The notes below the pieces were generated by a model. The model was not told the origin of the DNA, did no database searches, and saw only the letters and a program-made list of their open reading frames with translations. Of a stretch of DNA of 64,000 nt, positions 45,407-58,035 are shown in pieces (the first letter of the stretch is position 1; the number at the start of each line of letters is the position of its first letter). Origin of the DNA: the human T2T-CHM13v2.0 reference genome, Homo sapiens. The position numbers were made by a program, and so were the translations under genes. The stretch lies in assembly GCF_009914755.1 (NCBI RefSeq), contig NC_060925.1; one strand, 5' to 3'.

Positions 45407-46148
45407 CTGCAGAAGAGCATATAGGGAAAGCAGAGAAAGAAGAAAGATTTATAAATTATGTAAAATCTCCCATATTCAGAGCATGATTTTCATAAAAACT
45501 ATGATTTGTAAGCTTTCTTTCTAAAGTTTTCTGAATGAGCTCTTTCCTCTGAGCGAAATGCCTGAATGTATATATAACAGCAGGAAAGGGCCAGAATTGC
45601 ACAAACACTAAAGTAGTCTGCTGACACTGAAGTAGTCTGCTGGGTTTCCCAACATCCCCTAAACCAGTCCCCTTTACAAGAAAGCAGAGTGGGTTTTTTC
45701 TCCTCAGAAAGAGCCAGGCAAATACTGAAGGCTTCAAAGAGAGGAGTTTGAACCTCCGTTTCCAATGTACAAGCTGCTGAAGCCCTGCAATGTACTCTCA
45801 GAGACAGTATAGCTCAGAGGATAAGGAAAACAGCTCCGCTTGGCTTGCCCAAGTCTAAAACCCTGCTTCATTGCTCCCAACAGAAAAACCTACATCAGTA
45901 ATTTAATCCTCAGGAGCCCCAGATTCCCAACACCCAGATGAGGATTTAATAACAATGAACAGAGGTCTCTGCAGCAGGAGGACACTCTTAAAGGCTGGCT
46001 TTTGTAGGTTTCCACTTGCCTATTTTTCAAATAAATCTAAATATGTATTTTTCCCTTGTGCTATCCACAAAAGCCTCACCAGTTGCTCAGAGCCCTCCCC
46101 TTTACTCCACTTGATCTTTTTCTTTTTCTTCTTGTAATCTCCAAGTAG

Positions 46149-46403
46149 ACACCACAAAGGCAGTGATCACTTTGCAGCCTCCATGGGTCAGCGTGTTCCA
46201 AGAGGAAACCGTAACCTTGCACTGTGAGGTGCTCCATCTGCCTGGGAGCAGCTCTACACAGTGGTTTCTCAATGGCACAGCCACTCAGACCTCGACCCCC
46301 AGCTACAGAATCACCTCTGCCAGTGTCAATGACAGTGGTGAATACAGGTGCCAGAGAGGTCTCTCAGGGCGAAGTGACCCCATACAGCTGGAAATCCACA
46401 GAG
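46149..46403 (+). CDS. FCGR1A: FCGR1A exon 3, Ig domain EC1
   Basis: AG|AC ACC ACA AAG...[13 protein letters not shown]...QLEIHR G|GTAATT; 255 nt. Confidence 0.98.
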
Positions 46404-47549
46404 GTAATTATGACTTGGACCAGGAGGGCCGGAAACCACAAGGTCTTCCTCTGCGTTCTCTCCTTTCTGGATGCCAGATGTGTGTGTGTCGATTTATCTG
46501 GGTGCAGGTCTCAGCACTATGTACCTACCAGGTGAAACTAAATCAGTATACTCAAAACATCACAGCAGGGTCCTTAAACTGTGTACCAACAGTACCTCAG
46601 CTAGGCCAGCTCTAAGTAGGATGTCTAGAGTAAGACTTAGGCCCTAAGATTGTATCATTATTCCAAATGTATGCCTGTACATAGTAAATAATAATAATTC
46701 AAACAAATGAGCAATAATGAACAATGAAATATCTTCCTCCCACCCAAAACCTAGATCTGCAGTCACCTTCCACAGAAACAAAACTGCTAATATATATATA
46801 CATATTATGCATATATATGTATATATTAGCATTATTATATATAAACTATATATATATATATACACACATATATATAGTTTTAAAGCTGTGGGTGGTAGAA
46901 CACTTTCTAAGTATTGTCCTATATCTTACTTTTATCACTTAAAATACCTTAAAGTTCTGTTTATATTAATAGAAATCCACTTTAAAATGTCTGCTGCACA
47001 GCTGTACCAGAATTAATTTAACCATTCTGCCTATTAGCAAATTTATAAGATGTTTCCACTCTTTTGATTTTACAAGCATTGCTGCAATAATTATCTTTAT
47101 ACATACATTCCGGGGGCACATTTCATAGGGTATCTGTAAGATAATATTCTGGACATGGAATTATTGTCATATTTTAATAAATGGAAGCAGAAAAGCCCAC
47201 CACCCACTTAAACCTGTAAGGAGTTTCTATTCATCAAGAGATGGAGACTGCAATATTCTTCAGGGAAAAATGCTTCATTCAATATGCAAGACAAAATAAC
47301 CAAATGTATTATTTAGTTATTCAGAAGTGATGAGTTTAAACTTCGTTAAAAATGATAATGCAAAAGTCAATCCACACTGGAGGCAAAATTGCCTTTATGC
47401 AGACATGGTTGCTGTTAGAGGAAATGTGTTTTAGCCAAGGAAATGTTGAGAATGTCTGAGGGAAGGCTTGATGTTCCTCATGTGTCCCTTAGGTCTCTGT
47501 AAATAAGTTCTTAGGATGGAGAGGTTAGGGAAGCTGACAGAGCTGTTTC

Positions 47550-47642
47550 GTTTTTTTTTTTTTTTTTTTTTTTTTTGAGACAGAGTCTCACTCCGTTGCC
47601 CAGGCTGGAATGCAGTGGTGTGATCTTGGCTCACTGCAACCT
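47550..47642 (-). mobile_element. Severely 5'-truncated Alu
   Basis: Pure poly-T plus ~65 nt of Alu 3' end; 16-bp TSD CTGACAGAGCTGTTTC. Confidence 0.9.
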
Positions 47643-49717
47643 CTGACAGAGCTGTTTCAACAAGATACTTTGGGTAATTCAAGCAGAAGTGTTTCATGGT
47701 TCAAGTGACAACAAAAGGACTAGGGCTGGGAAGAGTCCATTTTCTTTACCTCTACACAGACTCTAGGACACTCAGCATCAGTGACTTACTGAGAATCATA
47801 TCTTTTTTATATTACATTTTAATGTGAATTTTCATTGAAATATAACTTATGTACAACAAGCCATAAATGTATGCCACAGTAAATTTTTTCAAAGTAAACA
47901 GCATCCAGATCTATTTTAGACATTTCCAGCACCTCAGAAACTCCTTCTTGCCCATTTCTAGTCCACCCCTGACACTGACTTCCAGCACCATAGGTTTTTT
48001 GCCTATTTTTGAACTTCATATAAAGGGCTACGGTATGGGACAGGATGTACTCTTTTGTGTCTGGTTTATTTTTCTCAACATTATGATTGTGAACTGTATA
48101 CATGTTGTAAATTGAAGTTCATTTGTTCTTATTACTGTATATTTCATATTTTCCCATTCTGCTGAGGGGCTCGGGTTGCTTCTGGTTTTGACCACTTACA
48201 AATAGTAATGCTGTGGATATTTTTGTTTACATGTTTCAAATATTTTCTACCATTACTAATGTTTGACAGTATCTGATGGAGGTATGTTACAATTTCCCAC
48301 TCTTTTGGATATACAAATGCAAATTAAGCATTTCCCTAATGACTATGATATTGACCATTTTTCACGTTTATTACCTATTTGGGTATCCTTTTTTGTAAGG
48401 TCTTTTTGATAATTTTTCTATTGTCTGTCTTTTTCTTACTGACTTACAGGAGTTATTTATATATTCTGGATATAAGTCCTTTTTCAAGTGTCTTAAATAT
48501 CTTCTCCCACTCTGTGGCTTTTCTTTTCACTATAATATTAAAGTTTTGTTTGTTTTCAATGAACAAGACTTGTTAATTTTACTACAGTACAATACACCAA
48601 CATTTTTGGTTGGTGCCGTCTATGCCCTATTTTAAAATGTTTTGCCACAGTCAGCCATGGGGAATTCAATTGCAGCTCACTGACTCTTAGTCATTTCAAT
48701 TTAATCAGTATATGCTAAGACCAAGAAAATGCAGCTGGTTGGTGGACCCGAGCCCTAATCATATGGCTGACACCAAAGTCATGAAGGTAGGGGAATGATT
48801 GTTGAGTAGGAAATTAGTAATGTCTGCTAAAAGCTGCATCTCGTGAGTTTTGATATATAATACTACCATTACCATTTAAGTTTAAAAACTCATAAATTTC
48901 CATTATACATTATTTTATTCATGAATTACTTAGATGTTTTTTGGAGGGTAGTTTTTTGCTATTGATTTCTAATATTATAGCACTTTGGTTAGAATTTGTG
49001 TTAAACATGGTATCAGTTCATTAGTATTTGTTGAAAATTGCTTTGTGGCCTAGTTCACACTTAATTTTTCTAATATTGCATGTGTGTTTGAAAAGCATAT
49101 GAATTTTCTTTCTAAAGTAGAGCATCCACAAAATCAAGCCTATTAATTGTGTCATTCAAATATTTTCTACCATTACTAGTGTTTGACAGTTTCTGATGGA
49201 GATGTGACAGCACTTCCCACTCTTTTGGATATATAAAGCAAAGATGGCAGTGTTTGGGCAGTGCAGTCTTTCAGCATCTGCTGGCTGTGGGTGGGAATAA
49301 GGGAGGGAAGAGAATTAATTCTATTTGGAAGCATTATATCAGTATCCATGACTGTAAAATTCATGCTATGTATAGCATAGAAACACCTGCCTTCCATTCT
49401 TAGATAAGTTCTGGAGGGGGAAAAGGCACTATTGTCTCTTTTCCGCCTTAGTCTCCTAAGAACCCCATTTTTACTTAGCCAAACCAACTGCCTCTGGAGA
49501 AAAGAAAAGTAGTTGAAGCATTTTTGGTTATGTGTAGAGGTGTATGTCGAAAGGAAAAGCCCATTGACTTGGAGCTTGTTTTGCTAGTGATATCATTGAT
49601 CTTACATATGTGAGTATTCATATCAATGTAGTAGGATGTTTATATCTGGATGTTTGCCCTTCTGTGTGTTTGTCTTAGGATGCGTGGTCCTATTAACAAA
49701 TTTGTCAAGAGTTGGAG

Positions 49718-50241
49718 TGTATTTGTTTTCTATTGCTGTGTAACAAATTTAGCAACAACATACATTTAAGATCTTCCAGTTTCCATGGGTCAGGACTCCC
49801 ATCACAGCTTAGCTGAGTGCTCTGCTGAGAGTCTTCCAAGGCTGCAGTTAGGGTGTTGACTTTGCTGTGTTTCTTTTTGCAGCTCTTCCAGGCTCACAAG
49901 GTCACTGGCAGAATTCAGTTCTTTGTGGTTGTAGGACTGAGGTTCCTGCTTTCTTGCTGCCCATCAGTGGGGGGCCACTCTCAGCTCCTAGAGGCCCTTG
50001 CCTTGTGGCACTCTTGTAGGCCCTCTCCTGGCATGGCAGCTTACCTCTTCAAGTTCAGGAGGAGACTTTCCATCCAGACTGCTAAGATAGAGTCTTACAT
50101 AATGTAGCAATCCCAAGAGTGACATTTCATCACCCTTGTCATATTCTGTTGGCTAGAAGCAAGTCATAGGTTCCACCCACACTCAAGGGGATTATGCAAG
50201 GGAGTGAGTCATTGGGATCATTTTAGAATTCTGCCTACCAT
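49718..50241. mobile_element. MLT1-type MaLR LTR in intron 3
   Basis: TGTATTTGTTTTCTATTGCTGTGTAACAAATT...TTTTAGAATTCTGCCTACCA. Confidence 0.7.
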
Positions 50242-50507
50242 GCTGTATGAACTGTTTTTGTTTCAACCAACTTCTGAGATCTGGAAAGGGAAGATAAGAA
50301 AGGGCTGTGTACGCAGTTGCCAGTAAAGATTGCTTTTCTTTCCACCAAAGCTAAAGATATTTGAGGAACTGGATATAGGCCTGAGATTTGGCAGAGCTCT
50401 GAGGCTGGATGTTGCAAGGAGAAAAAATAGGAAGCCCACAGGGCCAAGCTTGGGCCTCCTTGTACCTCCTCCACTGTATACATACATTTTGGGTTCATAT
50501 TTTTCAG

Positions 50508-50759
50508 GCTGGCTACTACTGCAGGTCTCCAGCAGAGTCTTCACGGAAGGAGAACCTCTGGCCTTGAGGTGTCATGCGTGGAAGGATAAGCTGGTGTACA
50601 ATGTGCTTTACTATCGAAATGGCAAAGCCTTTAAGTTTTTCCACTGGAATTCTAACCTCACCATTCTGAAAACCAACATAAGTCACAATGGCACCTACCA
50701 TTGCTCAGGCATGGGAAAGCATCGCTACACATCAGCAGGAATATCTGTCACTGTGAAAG
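50508..50759 (+). CDS. FCGR1A: FCGR1A exon 4, Ig domain EC2
   Basis: TTTTCAG|GC TGG...[11 protein letters not shown]...AGISVTVK G|GTATTG; 252 nt; ISVTVK is A-gene type. Confidence 0.98.
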
Positions 50760-51371
50760 GTATTGTATTGGAATAGTCATAGAACTGATAGTCCCTCCCC
50801 CTGAGGGACCATCATAAATATTCTAAACTCCTCACTTTAATTTACAAGTGAAGAAACCGGGCTCCAGAGAGGTAAACTGCATTACTAAAGGCCACACCAT
50901 GACCAGTAGCTGGAACCAGAACTGAGGTCTCTGGGTCCTAGTCCAATACTCTTTCCAGTGTACCGCAACCCCCATCAACAATCACAGGAGCTAATGTCAA
51001 TGTCAGGGCATAATGGTGATCCATTTCATCCATCATTATTTTAGTTGTAAAGAATACAGACTCACTCTAGGTAGATAGGAGAGTTAGAAAATAATACCAT
51101 GGAATCTCATGGAAGCCCCATAGAAAGAGAAACCTGGAAAATATGAAGAACGGGCTATACTGTCCATCTACCTCTCAGGGACAAAGCAGCCTCTGTGGTG
51201 CCACTTCTTCCTGAGCATCTGCAGGCTAAGCAGTTTGCATATGGCCTTGTTCTGACCCTTTCACGGCCTTTCCTCTTAATACAATCACTAGCAACCTTTC
51301 TCTGTCTGAGAAAAAAAAAAGTTCACTCCTGTGGGAAAGAAATTATTGTCCCAGATTATCTTTTAAAGTCA

Positions 51372-51575
<204 letters not shown>

Positions 51576-51689
51576 TCACTGAAATGGCAAGTGTGTGAGT
51601 CAGGGTTCACTCCTAGTTGACCACTGCCAAAAGGGCATGGTTACTGACCAGATGACACGGTCATTCAGGGAAGGATGGACCTTGTAGAG

Positions 51690-51976
51690 CAGGGGTTCCC
51701 AACCCTTACTGGTCCGTGGCCTGTTAGGAACTGGGCTGCACAGCAGGAGGTGAGCTTCTTCATGAGCCAGCATTACGGCCTGAGCTCCTCCTCCTGTCCA
51801 ATCAGTGGCAACATTAGATTCTCACAGAAACATGAACCCTATTGTGAATTGTGCGTGCCTGATGATCTGAGGTGGAACAGTTACCTTCCAAAACTGTCCC
51901 CACTTCACCCCCCGGCTGTGGAAAAGTTGCCTTCCACAAAATCCATCCCTAGTGCCAAAAAGGTTGGGGACCACTG
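51690..51976. mobile_element. MER1-type hAT-Charlie DNA transposon
   Basis: Terminal inverted repeats CAGGGGTTCCCAACC / GGTTGGGGACCACTG; 8-bp TSD-like TTGTAGAG/GTATAGAG. Confidence 0.85.
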
Positions 51977-52195
51977 GTATAGAGGTATCCTCAGTAGGAC
52001 TCAGCAAGCTGGCAACCCTAATTATGTCTATTAGGACACCCCAAGAATGGCTCTCTGCTGGAAGTAAAAAGGGTTAATGCCTTATGGATGCATTTTCTAG
52101 GGCCAGGTTTCCCAAGGGGGTAAAGGGCATGTCTTTTGTGAAAAGGACCTGGATGCTAAACAGGCAACCTTGTCCCCCATCAACTTTCTCCTTAG

Positions 52196-52480
52196 AGCTA
52201 TTTCCAGCTCCAGTGCTGAATGCATCTGTGACATCCCCACTCCTGGAGGGGAATCTGGTCACCCTGAGCTGTGAAACAAAGTTGCTCTTGCAGAGGCCTG
52301 GTTTGCAGCTTTACTTCTCCTTCTACATGGGCAGCAAGACCCTGCGAGGCAGGAACACATCCTCTGAATACCAAATACTAACTGCTAGAAGAGAAGACTC
52401 TGGGTTATACTGGTGCGAGGCTGCCACAGAGGATGGAAATGTCCTTAAGCGCAGCCCTGAGTTGGAGCTTCAAGTGCTTG
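52196..52480 (+). CDS. FCGR1A: FCGR1A exon 5, Ig domain EC3
   Basis: CTTAG|AG CTA TTT...ELFPAPVL...PELELQVL G|GTGAGT; 285 nt with no stop, unlike the B/C paralogs. Confidence 0.98.
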
Positions 52481-52659
52481 GTGAGTGAGAATGACGGGAA
52501 GCCACTGGCACAGAAGAAGGGACTCCCTTATCTCCCATGGGACTGAGGTTTGTTCAAGGGTTTTTGGCCCAGACAGGAGGGGAAAGTCTCTTCAGGAAAA
52601 GCCCACAAGCAGGCCTTTCCATCCTTGATTCACAACATCACTCTTCTCCTCGCAAACTG

Positions 52660-52850
52660 TTAAATTTCCTTTCCTTTCTTTTTCTTTTTCCTTTGCCTTT
52701 CCTTCCTCCATTTCTTTCCTTCATTTTCTCCTCTGTCCTTCTTTTTTTCTCCTTCATTTTATTTTCCCCTCCCTCCCACTCTTCCCTCCACTCCATGACC
52801 CCCCCTTCTCTCTCTCTCTCTCCCTGCTTCCCTGCCTCCCTCCTCCTCAC
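52660..52850. repeat. CT-rich low-complexity tract
   Basis: Near-pure pyrimidine on the + strand. Confidence 0.8.
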
Positions 52851-53378
52851 CAACAATCTCACCAACAATTTATCAAGTTCTTCCTATCTGTTGTCATACG
52901 TCTGGGGATATAAAGACATTTGAGTATAGTTCTTGCTTCAAGGAGCTCACAAGGTGGATTTATCAGACAGTGATTTTGTAAACTGCAAATCACCACCTCC
53001 CCAAGTATCTCTATTTAACTGAGGCAGAGGGATTGTGAGCTCTAGAACAAAGTCTCCTTGGGGGGGAAAAAAGTTCATCTTCAACCCAAATTCATTTCAA
53101 GTATTAAATGGCACAGAGATATCAGTTGTCTCTGGAACTAGGGAGTAAGTCCACTGACAGGGCCCAGCAATTAAGCTCTTCCAAGGAGCCTGTCCCTGTC
53201 TATACACCATATAGCCAGTTAGAGCTACCGCCAGTTCCTTCCTGCTCCCTGAAATGACCAGTGCCTCCCTGAGGACAGGCACATCAGGTCTCAGCCAACC
53301 TTCCCTTCCAAACATAACTCAGCTAGACCCCTCTGGTCTCTAAATAGTATCTCTTCTCTTTGTCTTTTTCTGTTTCAG

Positions 53379-53659
53379 GCCTCCAGTTACCAACTCCTGT
53401 CTGGTTTCATGTCCTTTTCTATCTGGCAGTGGGAATAATGTTTTTAGTGAACACTGTTCTCTGGGTGACAATACGTAAAGAACTGAAAAGAAAGAAAAAG
53501 TGGGATTTAGAAATCTCTTTGGATTCTGGTCATGAGAAGAAGGTAATTTCCAGCCTTCAAGAAGACAGACATTTAGAAGAAGAGCTGAAATGTCAGGAAC
53601 AAAAAGAAGAACAGCTGCAGGAAGGGGTGCACCGGAAGGAGCCCCAGGGGGCCACGTAG
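53379..53659 (+). CDS. FCGR1A: FCGR1A exon 6, transmembrane and cytoplasmic tail
   Basis: TTTCAG|GC CTC CAG...[25 protein letters not shown]...EPQGAT*; 281 nt. Confidence 0.98.
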
Positions 53660-53791
53660 CAGCGGCTCAGTGGGTGGCCATCGATCTGGACCGTCCCCTG
53701 CCCACTTGCTCCCCGTGAGCACTGCGTACAAACATCCAAAAGTTCAACAACACCAGAACTGTGTGTCTCATGGTATGTAACTCTTAAAGCA

Positions 53792-53797
53792 AATAAA
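53792..53797 (+). terminator. FCGR1A: Polyadenylation signal of FCGR1A
   Basis: First AATAAA after the stop, ~130 nt downstream. Confidence 0.75.
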
Positions 53798-54699
53798 TGA
53801 ACTGACTTCAACTGGGATACATTTGGAAATGTGGTCATCAAAGATGACTTGAAATGAGGCCTACTCTAAAGAATTCTTGAAAAACTTACAAGTCAAGCCT
53901 AGCCTGATAATCCTATTACATAGTTTGAAAAATAGTATTTTATTTCTCAGAACAAGGTAAAAAGGTGAGTGGGTGCATATGTACAGAAGATTAAGACAGA
54001 GAAACAGACAGAAAGAGACACACACACAGCCAGGAGTGGGTAGATTTCAGGGAGACAAGAGGGAATAGTATAGACAATAAGGAAGGAAATAGTACTTACA
54101 AATGACTCCTAAGGGACTGTGAGACTGAGAGGGCTCACGCCTCTGTGTTCAGGATACTTAGTTCATGGCTTTTCTCTTTGACTTTACTAAAAGAGAATGT
54201 CTCCATACGCGTTCTAGGCATACAAGGGGGTAACTCATGATGAGAAATGGATGTGTTATTCTTGCCCTCTCTTTTGAGGCTCTCTCATAACCCCTCTATT
54301 TCTAGAGACAACAAAAATGCTGCCAGTCCTAGGCCCCTGCCCTGTAGGAAGGCAGAATGTAACTGTTCTGTTTGTTTAACGATTAAGTCCAAATCTCCAA
54401 GTGCGGCACTGCAAAGAGACGCTTCAAGTGGGGAGAAGCGGCGATACCATAGAGTCCAGATCTTGCCTCCAGAGATTTGCTTTACCTTCCTGATTTTCTG
54501 GTTACTAATTAGCTTCAGGATACGCTGCTCTCATACTTGGGCTGTAGTTTGGAGACAAAATATTTTCCTGCCACTGTGTAACATAGCTGAGGTAAAAACT
54601 GAACTATGTAAATGACTCTACTAAAAGTTTAGGGAAAAAAAACAGGAGGAGTATGACACACACAGCAACTTGATTCTAGATTATTTGGTTTGATCCGTA

Positions 54700-55700
54700 A
54701 ATGATGGGATGGGGCGTCGCGCTCCGAGCGTGTCCCGCGGCGGGCCCCTGGCGCCACACTGTGGCCGCATGTGCATATTGCAGCCTCCGCCTGTATCTGG
54801 GGGCCGCAGCCGCCAGCGCCCGGGGACCCAGCTGCGGCGAAAGCTGTTGGGCGCGCGCTTCTCCGCAGCTCCGCGCCCCCGCCAAAACCCAGTGAGAAAT
54901 TATTTGCATTCCTGGAGGCTGCAGGAGCGAGAAATGAGCTGTAGGAGTCGGTGGGCAGCAACGGCGGCAGGCGGATGGAAGAGAGCAAGGGGTCGCCGTT
55001 CGTGTCCCATTCGCCCGAGTCAAGGGGCGGCCCCCCAAAATCCCAACGTCATTGTTTCCTCGGGGCCGGCAGGTGTGAAAACCCGGCGGCAGAATGGAAG
55101 TTCGGTAGTCTGCGAGGGCCCGCGGCCTCCCCAGGCGCGTAGCTGAGTCCCTCCAACCCCGCCCCGGGCCCGCCAGCTCCCGGGCCCCGGCGCGGCGCCA
55201 CCTGGCGGCCGTCTGTGGAGGTTGCAGCTGCCGCCAAGCCCCGGGGATGCTGCCGGCCTCAGGTGCGCCCGGCCGAGCCTCCGCGGAGAGGAGGATTGGT
55301 AGATCACAGGAAACGGGAGGACGGCGCTGGGCTCCCAGCAGGCGCCCCATTTTCTTGGCTTGTCGCAAGAGCAGCCGGAGGCGGCGGCGGCAGGGAGGGA
55401 GCGGGTGGGGAGTGGGAGAGGCCGCCCGCCTCCCCGTCCAGCTCGGAGGACCTCCCAGCTGGTTCCCTCACCGTCAAAAGCAGGAAGGGAGCTGGCTCGG
55501 CGGGATCAGCAAGCCAGCGGGCAAGAAGGCTCCAGGCTCCGCAGGGGCCACCCCACATGGACTCGGGAACCGCCGAGCTTCACCCACAAGGGCCCACGGC
55601 CCATCCTATCACGGATGAAAAGATTACAGGACTGACAATGAGGCCCTGGAGGGATCTGATGCAGCTGGCGGGGAGAAAGGTGGGTCGGACTTAGAGGGGT
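54700..55700. promoter_or_regulatory. CpG island 3' of FCGR1A
   Basis: Very high GC/CpG with GC boxes and an octamer ATTTGCAT at 54902-54909. Confidence 0.9.
55194..55228 (-). promoter_or_regulatory. CTCF motif with upstream module
   Basis: - strand CTGCAACCTCC-ACAGA-CGGCCGCCAGGTGGCGCC. Confidence 0.7.
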
Positions 55701-56108
55701 GGTGGGGTGGAGGAATCTTTCTTCTCCCTGGGACCTACCGAGGCTTCACCTGTGAGGGTCTTGGGCCCATCCTTCAATCCGAGAGCTTCCAAGCCAAAGC
55801 ACAGCTCCCCAGAGTGGACAAGTGGAGCAGAACCGGCATTAGGTTGGGAGGGTGGGTCGTTAGGGGTCGTTCTTCACCTTCCAGGCTGGGTATGGAGACC
55901 TCTAAATTCATCCTAGGGCCACAAGAGCTTCTGTAAGAGTTCAGGCCCGTTTCAGAACACTCAGAGGTTCCTAGCCTGAGAAGTAATCCCCAAAGCAGAC
56001 CAACCGGTTTGGGGTAAAACAGGAAGAGTTGGGTCCATTCTGGATCTTTCCTAGCTAAATGCCTTCAGGATTTAGGAATATTTTCCTAGGAGGGCCAAGG
56101 ATTAGCTA

Positions 56109-56264
<156 letters not shown>

Positions 56265-57118
56265 TTAGGAGTCTAGGTGAGAGGCAGCGGCAGCCTGGAC
56301 TAACATGGTAACAGTGGAGCTATTGAGAGTGGTCACATTTGGAAGATGTTTTGTAGGAAGTGTCAACAAAGTTTCTTATTGATTAGATGTAGGGAATGTG
56401 AGAAAGAGAAGGGGGGGGAACACGTAGATTTTGGGTCAAAGCAATAAATATTCCATTGACAGAATTGAGACAGCAAGTTGGTGGAGGAGGGGAACGGGGT
56501 AGCAAGAAGCGAATGTTTCATATTGGACATTTTAAGATTCCTATTTGACATTTAAGTGTAACTCTTGAAAAAGCAATGGATATATGAAGAATCCTAGACT
56601 AGAGATACAAATTTGCCAATCATCATATAGATGTGGTATTTAGAGTCAGGGGACTAGAAAGAACAATGTAAGGGGGAAGTACAGATAGAAAAAGGTCTAA
56701 GGCTGAGCCATGAAATATGCCACATTTTAGAGGTTGCGTAGAAGAGGTGGTAGCAAAGGATATTGATAAGGAGTACCAGTGAGGTAGGAGGGAAAACAGA
56801 GAATAAAACGTCTCAAGAAAGAGAGATCAACTATGTCAAATTCTCCTGAGAAAACTATTGGATTTGGAGTGGGACTGCACTAAATCTGTCGATCTTTTTG
56901 GGGCAGGGGCGGGAGGGAGAGGGTTAGGGAGGATTGATATCATTCCAACACTGACTTTCCAATCCATAAACAAGGTATAACTCTCATTTATTTATGTCAC
57001 TGTTAATGTCTCACAACAATATTATAATATTCTCTCTAGATGTGTTAGATGTATTCTTAGGTCCTTCATTTTTGTGTTATTGTAAATGGTATTGTCAGAA
57101 TCTTCAGAAGTAATTATT

Positions 57119-57396
57119 GGCCAGGTGCGGTGGTTCATGTCTGTAATCCTAGCACTTTGGGAGGCCAAGGTAGGCAGACACTTGAGCCAGGTGTTGGAGA
57201 CCAGCCTGGGCAACATGGCAAACCTCATCTTTATAAAAAATACAAAAATTAGCCAGTGGCACACGCCTGTAGCCCCAGCTACTCAGGAGGCTGAAGTAGG
57301 AGGATCAATTGAGCCCAGGAGGCAGAGGCTGCAGTAAGCCAAGATCGCACCACTGCACTTCAGCCTGGGTGGCAGAGGGAAACCCTGTCTCAAAAA

Positions 57397-57435
<39 letters not shown>

Positions 57436-57436
57436 A
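57119..57436 (+). mobile_element. Alu (AluJ-like) with (AAAT)n tail
   Basis: Sense Alu dimer. Confidence 0.9.
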
Positions 57437-57458
57437 TGATTATTACCAGTCTCACAGC

Positions 57459-58035
57459 TGAGGCAGAAATTTAAAACAAATAAATAATAAGTACTGCATT
57501 TATTCACTCCAAGAAAAGTAAAAGCTAAGGCCCAGAATGTGGCAAGGCAAGGGTTAAAAAGAAGAGAACAAGTTTTCCTCTGCCTAGCAAGCTTACTTCA
57601 AGGACAGTTATAAGATAACGCTGTCCAAATAGCCAAGGTCAAAGGAATAGGCTCCAGACACCCCTCCCTTCCAGAGCAAGGTTGGAGGAAGAAAAAGAGA
57701 AAGATTCTTTTACTCTTACTCTTTCCCCAGGCCTCTTAAGCATTATTTACAAATGTCTGTATTTAGCCAGTTTTTGTTTTTCTTTCGATGCAACTACAAG
57801 GTCACCAGCTATGCAAGGTCACAAGTTATGTTATGCTATAGATTATGTGACCTGTCACTGTATGATTAACTGCTTTTGTTTTGTGTCTGTAAGGCCGCTT
57901 ATAAAAACCCCACTCTGTCTTTGTTCAGTGCTCAGCTTTTTAGATGCAAACCTGCTGAGCCATGCGTACCTAAAATAAACAACAATCCTCCTGTTTTTCC
58001 ATATTGGCCTCTCCTTTCCTCAGTTTACCACAACA
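57459..58035 (+). mobile_element. ERV1 solo LTR (LTR15-like)
   Basis: TGAGGCAGAAAT...CCACAACA with TATAAAA and AATAAA inside; TSD-like CAGC/TAGC. Confidence 0.7.

Noticed and set aside
46163-46615. ORF-track extensions of FCGR1A exons (also 50330, 52084, 44809)
   Set aside because: Read-through into introns or upstream DNA; canonical splice sites define the true exons
54629-55694. Overlapping ORFs up to 230 aa in the 3' CpG island
   Set aside because: Present in many frames on both strands, rich in G/P/A/R, no recognisable domain; expected from stop-poor GC-rich DNA
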